In this document: in pieces, positions 1-14,400 of the stretch
Layout of the letters: each line of letters opens with the position of its first letter
Position numbering within the stretch: the first letter of the stretch is position 1
From: Lingula anatina
Lineage: Eukaryota; Animalia; Brachiopoda
Direction: 5' to 3'
Length of the DNA: 64,000 nucleotides
Assembly: GCA_051362555.1 (NCBI GenBank)
Contig: CM120642.1
Span: 12,152,001 to 12,216,000 of the forward strand
Position numbers and translations under genes: made by a program
The notes under the pieces: model-generated
What the model saw: only the letters and a program-made list of their open reading frames with translations
What the model was told of the DNA's origin: nothing
The model's database searches: none

Positions 1-3000
1 CCCGGATCACTTCATAAAAGCCCCCAATTTCAGCTTTAAAGATGGCCAAAAAGAACACCTGAGAACAGGATTTGGAGAGAGGGGGGTTGGAGAGAGTTTT
101 TGCTCTATTTCTTCCTTAATAATGACACAACCACTCTTCCAGCACTTTATTCTGACTACAAATGACCAAACACACCTACCAGACACTATAATGAAGAAAA
201 AAATTTTTCAACCCTACCTGGCCAAAATTGAAGAAAACTGCCATATCCGGACCTTACGAAAATCACTCAAAATCACCCAAAAATGACCCGTCACCAAATT
301 TTCCAAAAAGTGATGAAAATCAATCTACCACACCTGTCATTCATAAAAAATGTGGAAACGCGCCCGGATCACTTCATTAAAGCCCCCAATTTCAGCTTTA
401 AAGATGGCCAAAAAGCACACCTGAGAACAGGATTTGGAGAGAGGGGGGGTGGAGAGAGTTTTTGCTCTATTTCTTCCTTAATAATGACACAACCACTCTT
501 CCAGCACTTTATTCTGACTACAAATGACCAAACACACCTACCAGACACTATAATGAAGAAAAAAATTTTTCAACCCTACCTGGCCAAAATTGAAGAAAAC
601 TGCCATATCCGGACCTTACGAAAATCACTCAAAATCACCCAAAAATGACCCGTCACCAAATTTTCCAAAAAGTGATGAAAATCAATCTACCACACCTGTC
701 ATTCATAAAAAATGTGGAAACGCGCCCGGATCACTTCATTAAAGCCCCCAATTTCAGCTTTAAAGATGGCCAAAAAGCACACCTGAGAACAGGATTTGGA
801 GAGAGGGGGGGTGGAGAGAGTTTTTGCTCTATTTCTTCCTTAATAATGACACAACCACTCTTCCAGCACTTTATTCTGACTACAAATGACCAAACACACC
901 TACCAGACACTATAATGAAGAAAAAAGCTTTTCAACCCTACCTGGCCAAAATTGAAGAAAACTGCCATATCCGGACCTTACGAAAATCACTCAAAATCAC
1001 CCAAAAATGACCCGTCACCAAATTTTCCAAAAAGTGATGAAAATCAATCTACCACACCTGTCATTCATAAAAAATGTGGAAACGCGCCCGGATCACTTCA
1101 TTAAAGCCCCCAATTTCAGCTTTAAAGATGGCCAAAAAGCACACCTGAGAACAGGATTTGGAGAGAGGGGGGGTGGAGAGAGTTTTTGCTCTATTTCTTC
1201 CTTAATAATGACACAACCACTCTTCCAGCACTTTATTCTGACTACAAATGACCAAACACACCTACCAGACACTATAATGAAGAAAAAAATTTTTCAACCC
1301 TACCTGGCCAAAATTGAAGAAAACTGCCATATCCGGACCTTACGGAAATCACTCAAAATCACCCAAAAATGACCCGTCACCAAATTTTCCAAAAAGTGAT
1401 GAAAATCAATCTACCACACCTGTCATTCATAAAAAATGTGGAAACGCGCCCGGATCACTTCATTAAAGCCCCCAATTTCAGCTTTAAAGATGGCCAAAAA
1501 GCACACCTGAGAACAGGATTTGGAGAGAGGGGGGGTGGAGAGAGTTTTTGCTCTATTTCTTCCTTAATAATGACACAACCACTCTTCCAGCACTTTATTC
1601 TGACTACAAATGACCAAACACACCTACCAGACACTATAATGAAGAAAAAAATTTTTCAACCCTACCTGGCCAAAATTGAAGAAAACTGCCATATCCGGAC
1701 CTTACGAAAATCACTCAAAATCACCCAAAAATGACCCGTCACCAAATTTTCCAAAAAGTGATGAAAATCAATCTACCACACCTGTCATTCATAAAAAATG
1801 TGGAAACGCGCCCGGATCACTTCATTAAAGCCCCCAATTTCAGCTTTAAAGATGGCCAAAAAGCACACCTGAGAACAGGATTTGGAGAGAGGGGGGGGTG
1901 GAGAGAGTTTTTGCTCTATTTCTTCCTTAATAATGACACAACCACTCTTCCAGCACTTTATTCTGACTACAAATGACCAAACACACCTACCAGACACTAT
2001 AATGAAGAAAAAAATTTTTCAACCCTACCTGGCCAAAATTGAAGAAAACTGCCATATCCGGACCTTACGAAAATCACTCAAAATCACCCAAAAATGACCC
2101 GTCACCAAATTTTCCAAAAAGTGATGAAAATCAATCTACCACACCTGTCATTCATAAAAAATGTGGAAACGCGCCCGGATCACTTCATAAAAGCCCCCAA
2201 TTTCAGCTTTAAAGATGGCCAAAAAGAACACCTGAGAACAGGATTTGGAGAGAGGGGGGTTGGAGAGAGTTTTTGCTCTATTTCTTCCTTAATAATGACA
2301 CAACCACTCTTCCAGCACTTTATTCTGACTACAAATGACCAAACACACCTACCAGACACTATAATGAAGAAAAAAATTTTTCAACCCTACCTGGCCAAAA
2401 TTGAAGAAAACTGCCATATCCGGACCTTACGAAAATCACTCAAAATCACCCAAAAATGACCCGTCACCAAATTTTCCAAAAAGTGATGAAAATCAATCTA
2501 CCACACCTGTCATTCATAAAAAATGTGGAAACGCGCCCGGATCACTTCATTAAAGCCCCCAATTTCAGCTTTAAAGATGGCCAAAAAGCACACCTGAGAA
2601 CAGGATTTGGAGAGAGGGGGGGTGGAGAGAGTTTTTGCTCTATTTCTTCCTTAATAATGACACAACCACTCTTCCAGCACTTTATTCTGACTACAAATGA
2701 CCAAACACACCTACCAGACACTATAATGAAGAAAAAAATTTTTCAACCCTACCTGGCCAAAATTGAAGAAAACTGCCATATCCGGACCTTACGAAAATCA
2801 CTCAAAATCACCCAAAAATGACCCGTCACCAAATTTTCCAAAAAGTGATGAAAATCAATCTACCACACCTGTCATTCATAAAAAATGTGGAAACGCGCCC
2901 GGATCACTTCATTAAAGCCCCCAATTTCAGCTTTAAAGATGGCCAAAAAGCACACCTGAGAACAGGATTTGGAGAGAGGGGGGGTGGAGAGAGTTTTTGC

Positions 3001-6000
3001 TCTATTTCTTCCTTAATAATGACACAACCACTCTTCCAGCACTTTATTCTGACTACAAATGACCAAACACACCTACCAGACACTATAATGAAGAAAAAAG
3101 CTTTTCAACCCTACCTGGCCAAAATTGAAGAAAACTGCCATATCCGGACCTTACGAAAATCACTCAAAATCACCCAAAAATGACCCGTCACCAAATTTTC
3201 CAAAAAGTGATGAAAATCAATCTACCACACCTGTCATTCATAAAAAATGTGGAAACGCGCCCGGATCACTTCATTAAAGCCCCCAATTTCAGCTTTAAAG
3301 ATGGCCAAAAAGCACACCTGAGAACAGGATTTGGAGAGAGGGGGGGTGGAGAGAGTTTTTGCTCTATTTCTTCCTTAATAATGACACAACCACTCTTCCA
3401 GCACTTTATTCTGACTACAAATGACCAAACACACCTACCAGACACTATAATGAAGAAAAAAATTTTTCAACCCTACCTGGCCAAAATTGAAGAAAACTGC
3501 CATATCCGGACCTTACGGAAATCACTCAAAATCACCCAAAAATGACCCGTCACCAAATTTTCCAAAAAGTGATGAAAATCAATCTACCACACCTGTCATT
3601 CATAAAAAATGTGGAAACGCGCCCGGATCACTTCATTAAAGCCCCCAATTTCAGCTTTAAAGATGGCCAAAAAGCACACCTGAGAACAGGATTTGGAGAG
3701 AGGGGGGGTGGAGAGAGTTTTTGCTCTATTTCTTCCTTAATAATGACACAACCACTCTTCCAGCACTTTATTCTGACTACAAATGACCAAACACACCTAC
3801 CAGACACTATAATGAAGAAAAAAATTTTTCAACCCTACCTGGCCAAAATTGAAGAAAACTGCCATATCCGGACCTTACGAAAATCACTCAAAATCACCCA
3901 AAAATGACCCGTCACCAAATTTTCCAAAAAGTGATGAAAATCAATCTACCACACCTGTCATTCATAAAAAATGTGGAAACGCGCCCGGATCACTTCATTA
4001 AAGCCCCCAATTTCAGCTTTAAAGATGGCCAAAAAGCACACCTGAGAACAGGATTTGGAGAGAGGGGGGGTGGAGAGAGTTTTTGCTCTATTTCTTCCTT
4101 AATAATGACACAACCACTCTTCCAGCACTTTATTCTGACTACAAATGACCAAACACACCTACCAGACACTATAATGAAGAAAAAAGCTTTTCAACCCTAC
4201 CTGGCCAAAATTGAAGAAAACTGCCATATCCGGACCTTACGAAAATCACTCAAAATCACCCAAAAATGACCCGTCACCAAATTTTCCAAAAAGTGATGAA
4301 AATCAATCTACCACACCTGTCATTCATAAAAAATGTGGAAACGCGCCCGGATCACTTCATTAAAGCCCATAATTTCAGCTTTAAAGATGGCAAAAAAGCA
4401 CACCTGAGAACAGGATTTGGAGAGACGGGGGGTGGAGAGAGTTTTTGCTCTATTTCTTCCTTAATAATGACACAACCACTCTTCCAGCACTTTATTCTGA
4501 CTACAAATGACCAAACACACCTACCAGACACTATAATGAAGAAAAAAATTTTTCAACCCTACCTGGCCAAAATTGAAGAAAACTGCCATATCCGGACCTT
4601 ACGAAAATCACTCAAAATCACCCAAAAATGACCCGTCACCAAATTTTCCAAAAAGTGATGAAAATCAATCTACCACACCTGTCATTCATAAAAAATGTGG
4701 AAACGCGCCCGGATCACTTCATTAAAGCCCCCAATTTCAGCTTTAAAGATGGCCAAAAAGCACACCTGAGAACAGGATTTGGAGAGAGGGGGGGTGGAGA
4801 GAGTTTTTGCTCTATTTCTTCCTTAATAATGACACAACCACTCTTCCAGCACTTTATTCTGACTACAAATGACCAAACACACCTACCAGACACTATAATG
4901 AAGAAAAAAGCTTTTCAACCCTACCTGGCCAAAATTGAAGAAAACTGCCATATCCGGACCTTACGAAAATCACTCAAAATCACCCAAAAATGACCCGTCA
5001 CCAAATTTTCCAAAAAGTGATGAAAATCAATCTACCACACCTGTCATTCATAAAAAATGTGGAAACGCGCCCGGATCACTTCATTAAAGCCCCCAATTTC
5101 AGCTTTAAAGATGGCCAAAAAGCACACCTGAGAACAGGATTTGGAGAGAGGGGGGGTGGAGAGAGTTTTTGCTCTATTTCTTCCTTAATAATGACACAAC
5201 CACTCTTCCAGCACTTTATTCTGACTACAAATGACCAAACACACCTACCAGACACTATAATGAAGAAAAAAGCTTTTCAACCCTACCTGGCCAAAATTGA
5301 AGAAAACTGCCATATCCGGACCTTACGAAAATCACTCAAAATCACCCAAAAATGACCCGTCACCAAATTTTCCAAAAAGTGATGAAAATCAATCTACCAC
5401 ACCTGTCATTCATAAAAAATGTGGAAACGCGCCCGGATCACTTCATTAAAGCCCCCAATTTCAGCTTTAAAGATGGCCAAAAAGCACACCTGAGAACAGG
5501 ATTTGGAGAGAGGGGGGGTGGAGAGAGTTTTTGCTCTATTTCTTCCTTAATAATGACACAACCACTCTTCCAGCACTTTATTCTGACTACAAATGACCAA
5601 ACACACCTACCAGACACTATAATGAAGAAAAAAATTTTTCAACCCTACCTGGCCAAAATTGAAGAAAACTGCCATATCCGGACCTTACGGAAATCACTCA
5701 AAATCACCCAAAAATGACCCGTCACCAAATTTTCCAAAAAGTGATGAAAATCAATCTACCACACCTGTCATTCATAAAAAATGTGGAAACGCGCCCGGAT
5801 CACTTCATTAAAGCCCCCAATTTCAGCTTTAAAGATGGCCAAAAAGCACACCTGAGAACAGGATTTGGAGAGAGGGGGGGTGGAGAGAGTTTTTGCTCTA
5901 TTTCTTCCTTAATAATGACACAACCACTCTTCCAGCACTTTATTCTGACTACAAATGACCAAACACACCTACCAGACACTATAATGAAGAAAAAAATTTT

Positions 6001-6799
6001 TCAACCCTACCTGGCCAAAATTGAAGAAAACTGCCATATCCGGACCTTACGAAAATCACTCAAAATCACCCAAAAATGACCCGTCACCAAATTTTCCAAA
6101 AAGTGATGAAAATCAATCTACCACACCTGTCATTCATAAAAAATGTGGAAACGCGCCCGGATCACTTCATTAAAGCCCCCAATTTCAGCTTTAAAGATGG
6201 CCAAAAAGCACACCTGAGAACAGGATTTGGAGAGAGGGGGGGTGGAGAGAGTTTTTGCTCTATTTCTTCCTTAATAATGACACAACCACTCTTCCAGCAC
6301 TTTATTCTGACTACAAATGACCAAACACACCTACCAGACACTATAATGAAGAAAAAAGCTTTTCAACCCTACCTGGCCAAAATTGAAGAAAACTGCCATA
6401 TCCGGACCTTACGAAAATCACTCAAAATCACCCAAAAATGACCCGTCACCAAATTTTCCAAAAAGTGATGAAAATCAATCTACCACACCTGTCATTCATA
6501 AAAAATGTGGAAACGCGCCCGGATCACTTCATTAAAGCCCATAATTTCAGCTTTAAAGATGGCAAAAAAGCACACCTGAGAACAGGATTTGGAGAGACGG
6601 GGGGTGGAGAGAGTTTTTGCTCTATTTCTTCCTTAATAATGACACAACCACTCTTCCAGCACTTTATTCTGACTACAAATGACCAAACACACCTACCAGA
6701 CACTATAATGAAGAAAAAAATTTTTCAACCCTACCTGGCCAAAATTGAAGAAAACTGCCATATCCGGACCTTACGAAAATCACTCAAAATCACCCAAAA
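1..6799. repeat. Incipient 6-monomer higher-order periodicity (2172-2173 bp)
   Basis: An AAGCTT unit followed by a TTACGGAAA unit occurs at 645/1007, 2818/3180 and 4990/5352. A triple-variant unit occurs at the window start and at 2094. A CCCATAAT/GGCAAAAAA/GAGACGG unit occurs at 4266 and 6438. Confidence 0.85.
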
Positions 6800-9700
6800 A
6801 TGACCCGTCACCAAATTTTCCAAAAAGTGATGAAAATCAATCTACCACACCTGTCATTCATAAAAAATGTGGAAACGCGCCCGGATCACTTCATTAAAGC
6901 CCCCAATTTCAGCTTTAAAGATGGCCAAAAAGCACACCTGAGAACAGGATTTGGAGAGAGGGGGGGGTGGAGAGAGTTTTTGCTCTATTTCTTCCTTAAT
7001 AATGACACAACCACTCTTCCAGCACTTTATTCTGACTACAAATGACCAAACACACCTACCAGACACTATAATGAAGAAAAAAATTTTTCAACCCTACCTG
7101 GCCAAAATTGAAGAAAACTGCCATATCCGGACCTTACGAAAATCACTCAAAATCACCCAAAAATGACCCGTCACCAAATTTTCCAAAAAGTGATGAAAAT
7201 CAATCTAACACACCTGTCATTCATAAAAAATGTGGAAACGCGCCCGGATCACTTCATTAAAGCCCCCAATTTCAGCTTTAAAGATGGCCAAAAAGCACAC
7301 CTGAGAACAGGATTTGGAGAGAGGGGGGGTGGAGAGAGTTTTTGCTCTATTTCTTCCTTAATAATGACACAACCACTCTTCCAGCACTTTATTCTGACTA
7401 CAAATGACCAAACACACCTACCAGACACTATAATGAAGAAAAAAATTTTTCAACCCTACCTGGCCAAAATTGAAGAAAACTGCCATATCCGGACCTTACG
7501 AAAATCACTCAAAATCACCCAAAAATGACCCGTCACCAAATTTTCCAAAAAGTGATGAAAATCAATCTACCACACCTGTCATTCATAAAAAATGTGGAAA
7601 CGCGCCCGGATCACTTCATTAAAGCCCCCAATTTCAGCTTTAAAGATGGCCAAAAAGCACACCTGAGAACAGGATTTGGAGAGAGGGGGGGTGGAGAGAG
7701 TTTTTGCTCTATTTCTTCCTTAATAATGACACAACCACTCTTCCAGCACTTTATTCTGACTACAAATGACCAAACACACCTACCAGACACTATAATGAAG
7801 AAAAAAATTTTTCAACCCTACCTGGCCAAAATTGAAGAAAACTGCCATATCCGGACCTTACGAAAATCACTCAAAATCACCCAAAAATGACCCGTCACCA
7901 AATTTTCCAAAAAGTGATGAAAATCAATCTACCACACCTGTCATTCATAAAAAATGTGGAAACGCGCCCGGATCACTTCATTAAAGCCCCCAATTTCAGC
8001 TTTAAAGATGGCCAAAAAGCACACCTGAGAACAGGATTTGGAGAGAGGGGGGGTGGAGAGAGTTTTTGCTCTATTTCTTCCTTAATAATGACACAACCAC
8101 TCTTCCAGCACTTTATTCTGACTACAAATGACCAAACACACCTACCAGACACTATAATGAAGAAAAAAATTTTTCAACCCTACCTGGCCAAAATTGAAGA
8201 AAACTGCCATATCCGCCCTTACGAAAATCACTCAAAATCACCCAAAAATGACCCGTCACCAAATTTTCCAAAAAGTGATGAAAATCAATCTACCACACCT
8301 GTCATTCATAAAAAATGTGGAAACGCGCCCGGATCACTTCATTAAAGCCCCCAATTTCAGCTTTAAAGATGGCCAAAAAGCACACCTGAGAACAGGATTT
8401 GGAGAGAGGGGGGGTGGAGAGAGTTTTTGCTCTATTTCTTCCTTAATAATGACACAACCACTCTTCCAGCACTTTATTCTGACTACAAATGACCAAACAC
8501 ACCTACCAGACACTATAATGAAGAAAAAAATTTTTCAACCCTACCTGGCCAAAATTGAAGAAAACTGCCATATCCGGACCTTACGAAAATCACTCAAAAT
8601 CACCCAAAAATGACCCGTCACCAAATTTTCCAAAAAGTGATGAAAATCAATCTACCACACCTGTCATTCATAAAAAATGTGGAAACGCGCCCGGATCACT
8701 TCATTAAAGCCCCCAATTTCAGCTTTAAAGATGGCCAAAAAGCACACCTGAGAACAGGATTTGGAGAGAGGGGGGGTGGAGAGAGTTTTTGCTCTATTTC
8801 TTCCTTAATAATGACACAACCACTCTTCCAGCACTTTATTCTGACTACAAATGACCAAACACACCTACCAGACACTATAATGAAGAAAAAAATTTTTCAA
8901 CCCTACCTGGCCAAAATTGAAGAAAACTGCCATATCCGGACCTTACGAAAATCACTCAAAATCACCCAAAAATGACCCGTCACCAAATTTTCCAAAAAGT
9001 GATGAAAATCAATCTACCACACCTGTCATTCATAAAAAATGTGGAAACGCGCCCGGATCACTTCATTAAAGCCCCCAATTTCAGCTTTAAAGATGGCCAA
9101 AGAGCACACCTGAGAACAGGATTTGGAGAGAGGGGGGGTGGAGAGAGTTTTTGCTCTATTTCTTCCTTAATAATGACACAACCACTCTTCCAGCACTTTA
9201 TTCTGACTACAAATGACCAAACACACCTACCAGACACTATAATGAAGAAAAAAATTTTTCAACCCTACCTGGCCAAAATTGAAGAAAACTGCCATATCCG
9301 GACCTTACGAAAATCACTCAAAATCACCCAAAAATGACCCGTCACCAAATTTTCCAAAAAGTGATGAAAATCAATCTACCACACCTGTCATTCATAAAAA
9401 ATGTGGAAACGCGCCCGGATCACTTCATTAAAGCCCCCAATTTCAGCTTTAAAGATGGCCAAAAAGCACACCTGAGAACAGGATTTGGAGAGAGGGGGGG
9501 TGGAGAGAGTTTTTGCTCTATTTCTTCCTTAATAATGACACAACCACTCTTCCAGCACTTTATTCTGACTACAAATGACCAAACACACCTACCAGACACT
9601 ATAATGAAGAAAAAAATTTTTCAACCCTACCTGGCCAAAATTGAAGAAAACTGCCATATCCGGACCTTACGAAAATCACTCAAAATCACCCAAAAATGAC

Positions 9701-12700
9701 CCGTCACCAAATTTTCCAAAAAGTGATGAAAATCAATCTACCACACCTGTCATTCATAAAAAATGTGGAAACGCGCCCGGATCACTTCATTAAAGCCCCC
9801 AATTTCAGCTTTAAAGATGGCCAAAAAGCACACCTGAGAACAGGATTTGGAGAGAGGGGGGGTGGAGAGAGTTTTTGCTCTATTTCTTCCTTAATAATGA
9901 CACAACCACTCTTCCAGCACTTTATTCTGACTACAAATGACCAAACACACCTACCAGACACTATAATGAAGAAAAAAGTTTTTCAACCCTATCTGGCCAA
10001 AATTGAAGAAAACTGCCATATCCGGACCTTACGAAAATCACTCAAAATCACCCAAAAATGACCCGTCACCAAATTTTCCAAAAAGTGATGAAAATCAATC
10101 TACCACACCTGTCATTCATAAAAAATGTGGAAACGCGCCCGGATCACTTCATTAAAGCCCCCAATTTCAGCTTTAAAGATGGCCAAAAAGCACACCTGAG
10201 AACAGGATTTGGAGAGAGGGGGGGTGGAGAGAGTTTTTGCTCTATTTCTTCCTTAATAATGACACAACCACTCTTCCAGCACTTTATTCTGACTACAAAT
10301 GACCAAACACACCTACCAGACACTATAATGAAGAAAAAAATTTTTCAACCCTACCTGGCCAAAATTGAAGAAAACTGCCATATCCGGACCTTACGAAAAT
10401 CACTCTAAATCACCCAAAAATGACCCGTCACCAAATTTTCCAAAAAGTGATGAAAATCAATCTACCACACCTGTCATTCATAAAAAATGTGGAAACGCGC
10501 CCGGATCACTTCATTAAAGCCCCCAATTTCAGCTTTAAAGATGGCCAAAAAGCACACCTGAGAACAGGATTTGGAGAGAGGGGGGGTGGAGAGAGTTTTT
10601 GCTCTATTTCTTCCTTAATAATGACACAACCACTCTTCCAGCACTTTATTCTGACTACAAATGACCAAACACACCTACCAGACACTATAATGAAGAAAAA
10701 AGTTTTTCAACCCTACCTGGCCAAAATTGAAGAAAACTGCCATATCCGGACCTTACGAAAATCACTCTAAATCACCCAAAAATGACCCGTCACCAAATTT
10801 TCCAAAAAGTGATGAAAATCAATCTACCACACCTGTCATTCATAAAAAATGTGGAAACGCGCCCGGATCACTTCATTAAAGCCCCCAATTTCAGCTTTAA
10901 AGATGGCCAAAAAGCACACCTGAGAACAGGATTTGGAGAGAGGGGGGGTGGAGAGAGTTTTTGCTCTATTTCTTCCTTAATAATGACACAACCACTCTTC
11001 CAGCACTTTATTCTGACTACAAATGACCAAACACACCTACCAGACACTATAATGAAGAAAAAAATTTTTCAATTCTACCTGGCCAAAATTGAAGAAAACT
11101 GCCATATCCGGACCTTACGAAAATCACTCAAAATCACCCAAAAATGACCCGTCACCAAATTTTCCAAAAAGTGATGAAAATCAATCTACCACACCTGTCA
11201 TTCATAAAAAATGTGGAAACGCGCCCAGATCACTTCATTAAAGCCCCCAATTTCAGCTTTAAAGATGGCCAAAAAGCACACCTGAGAACAGGATTTGGAG
11301 AGAGGGGGGGTGGAGAGAGTTTTTGCTCTATTTCTTCCTTAATAATGACACAACCACTCTTCCAGCACTTTATTCTGACTACAAATGACCAAACACACCT
11401 ACCAGACACTATAATGAAGAAAAAAATTTTTCAACCCTACCTGGCCAAAATTGAAGAAAACTGCCATATCCGGACCTTACGAAAATCACTCAAAATCACC
11501 CAAAAATGACCCGTCACCAAATTTTCCAAAAAGTCATGAAAATCAATCTACCACACCTGTCATTCATAAAAAATGTGGAAACGCGCCCGGATCACTTCAT
11601 TAAAGCCCCCAATTTCAGCTTTAAAGATGGCCAAAAAGCACACCTGAGAACAGGATTTGGAGAGAGGGGGGGTGGAGAGAGTTTTTGCTCTATTTCTTCC
11701 TTAATAATGACACAACCACTCTTCCAGCACTTTATTCTGACTACAAATGACCAACACACCTACCAGACACTATAATGAAGAAAAAAATTTTTCAACCCTA
11801 CCTGGCCAAAATTGAAGAAAACTGCCATATCCGGACCTTACGAAAATCACTCAAAATTACCCAAAAATGACCCGTCACCAAATTTTCCAAAAAGTGATGA
11901 AAATCAATCTACCACACCTGTCATTCATAAAAAATGTGGAAACGCGCCCGGATCACTTCATTAAAGCCCCCAATTTCAGCTTTAAAGATGGCCAAAAAGC
12001 ACACCTGAGAACAGGATTTGGAGAGAGGGGGGGTGGAGAGAGTTTTTGCTCTATTTCTTCCTTAATAATGACACAACCACTCTTCCAGCACTTTATTCTG
12101 ACTACAAATGACCAAACACACCTACCAGACACTATAATGAAGAAAAAAATTTTTCAACCCTACCTGGCCAAAATTGAAGAAAACTGCCATATCCGGACCT
12201 TACGAAAATCACTCAAAATCACCCAAAAATGACCCGTCACCAAATTTTCCAAAAAGTGATGAAAATCAATCTACCACACCTGTCATTCATAAAAAATGTG
12301 GAAACGCGCCCGGATCACTTCATTAAAGCCCCCAATTTCAGCTTTAAAGATGGCCAAAAAGCACACCTGAGAACAGGATTTGGAGAGAGGGGGGGTGGAG
12401 AGAGTTTTTGCTCTATTTCTTCCTTAATAATGACACAACCACTCTTCCAGCACTTTATTCTGACTACAAATGACCAAACACACCTACCAGACACTATAAT
12501 GAAGAAAAAAATTTTTCAACCCTACCTGGCCAAAATTGAAGAAAACTGCCATATCCGGACCTTACGAAAATCACTCAAAATCACCCAAAAATGACCCGTC
12601 ACCAAATTTTCCAAAAAGTGATGAAAATCAATCTACCACACCTGTCATTCATAAAAAATGTGGAAACGCGCCCGGATCACTTCATTAAAGCCCCCAATTT

Positions 12701-14400
12701 CAGCTTTAAAGATGGCCAAAAAGCACACCTGAGAACAGGATTTGGAGAGAGGGGGGGTGGAGAGAGTTTTTGCTCTATTTCTTCCTTAATAATGACACAA
12801 CCACTCTTCCAGCACTTTATTCTGACTACAAATGACCAAACACACCTACCAGACACTATAATGAAGAAAAAAATTTTTCAACCCTACCTGGCCAAAATTG
12901 AAGAAAACTGCCATATCCGGACCTTACGAAAATCACTCAAAATCACCCAAAAATGACCCGTCACCAAATTTTCCAAAAAGTGATGAAAATCAATCTACCA
13001 CACCTGTCATTCATAAAAAATGTGGAAACGCGCCCGGATCACTTCATTAAAGCCCCCAATTTCAGCTTTAAAGATGGCCAAAAAGCACACCTGAGAACAG
13101 GATTTGGAGAGAGGGGGGGTGGAGAGAGTTTTTGCTCTATTTCTTCCTTAATAATGACACAACCACTCTTCCAGCACTTTATTCTGACTACAAATGACCA
13201 AACACACCTACCAGACACTATAATGAAGAAAAAAATTTTTCAACCCTACCTGGCCAAAATTGAAGAAAACTGCCATATCCGGACCTTACGAAAATCACTC
13301 AAAATCACCCAAAAATGACCCGTCACCAAATTTTCCAAAAAGTGATGAAAATCAATCTACCACACCTGTCATTCATAAAAAATGTGGAAACGCGCCCGGA
13401 TCACTTCATTAAAGCCCCCAATTTCAGCTTTAAAGATGGCCAAAAAGCACACCTGAGAACAGGATTTGGAGAGAGGGGGGGTGGAGAGAGTTTTTGCTCT
13501 ATTTCTTCCTTAATAATGACACAACCACTCTTCCAGCACTTTATTCTGACTACAAATGACCAAACACACCTACCAGACACTATAATGAAGAAAAAAATTT
13601 TTCAACCCTACCTGGCCAAAATTGAAGAAAACTGCCATATCCGGACCTTACGAAAATCACTCAAAATCACCCAAAAATGACCCGTCACCAAATTTTCCAA
13701 AAAGTGATGAAAATCAATCTACCACACCTGTCATTCATAAAAAATGTGGAAACACGCCCGGATCACTTCATTAAAGCCCCCAATTTCAGCTTTAAAGATG
13801 GCCAAAAAGCACACCTGAGAACAGGATTTGGAGAGAGGGGGGGTGGAGAGAGTTTTTGCTCTATTTCTTCCTTAATAATGACACAACCACTCTTCCAGCA
13901 CTTTATTCTGACTACAAATGACCAAACACACCTACCAGACACTATAATGAAGAAAAAAATTTTTCAACCCTACCTGGCCAAAATTGAAGAAAACTGCCAT
14001 ATCCGGACCTTACGAAAATCACTCAAAATCACCCAAAAATGACCCGTCACCAAATTTTCCAAAAAGTGATGAAAATCAATCTACCACACCTGTCATTCAT
14101 AAAAAATGTGGAAACGCGCCCGGATCACTTCATTAAAGCCCCCAATTTCAGCTTTAAAGATGGCCAAAAAGCACACCTGAGAACAGGATTTGGAGAGAGG
14201 GGGGGTGGAGAGAGTTTTTGCTCTATTTCTTCCTTAATAATGACACAACCACTCTTCCAGCACTTTATTCTGACTACAAATGACCAAACACACCTACCAG
14301 ACACTATAATGAAGAAAAAAATTTTTCAACCCTACCTGGCCAAAATTGAAGAAAACTGCCATATCCGGACCTTACGAAGATCACTCAAAATCACCCAAAA

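Noticed and set aside
283-644. Tandem RNA gene cluster (5S rRNA, tRNA, snRNA or spliced leader)
   Set aside because: I found no recognisable 5S, tRNA cloverleaf or snRNA sequence on either strand. An Rfam/Infernal scan would settle it.
283-644. CENP-B box in the monomer
   Set aside because: Neither CCCG site in the monomer completes the TTCG-N4-A-N2-CGGG pattern on either strand.
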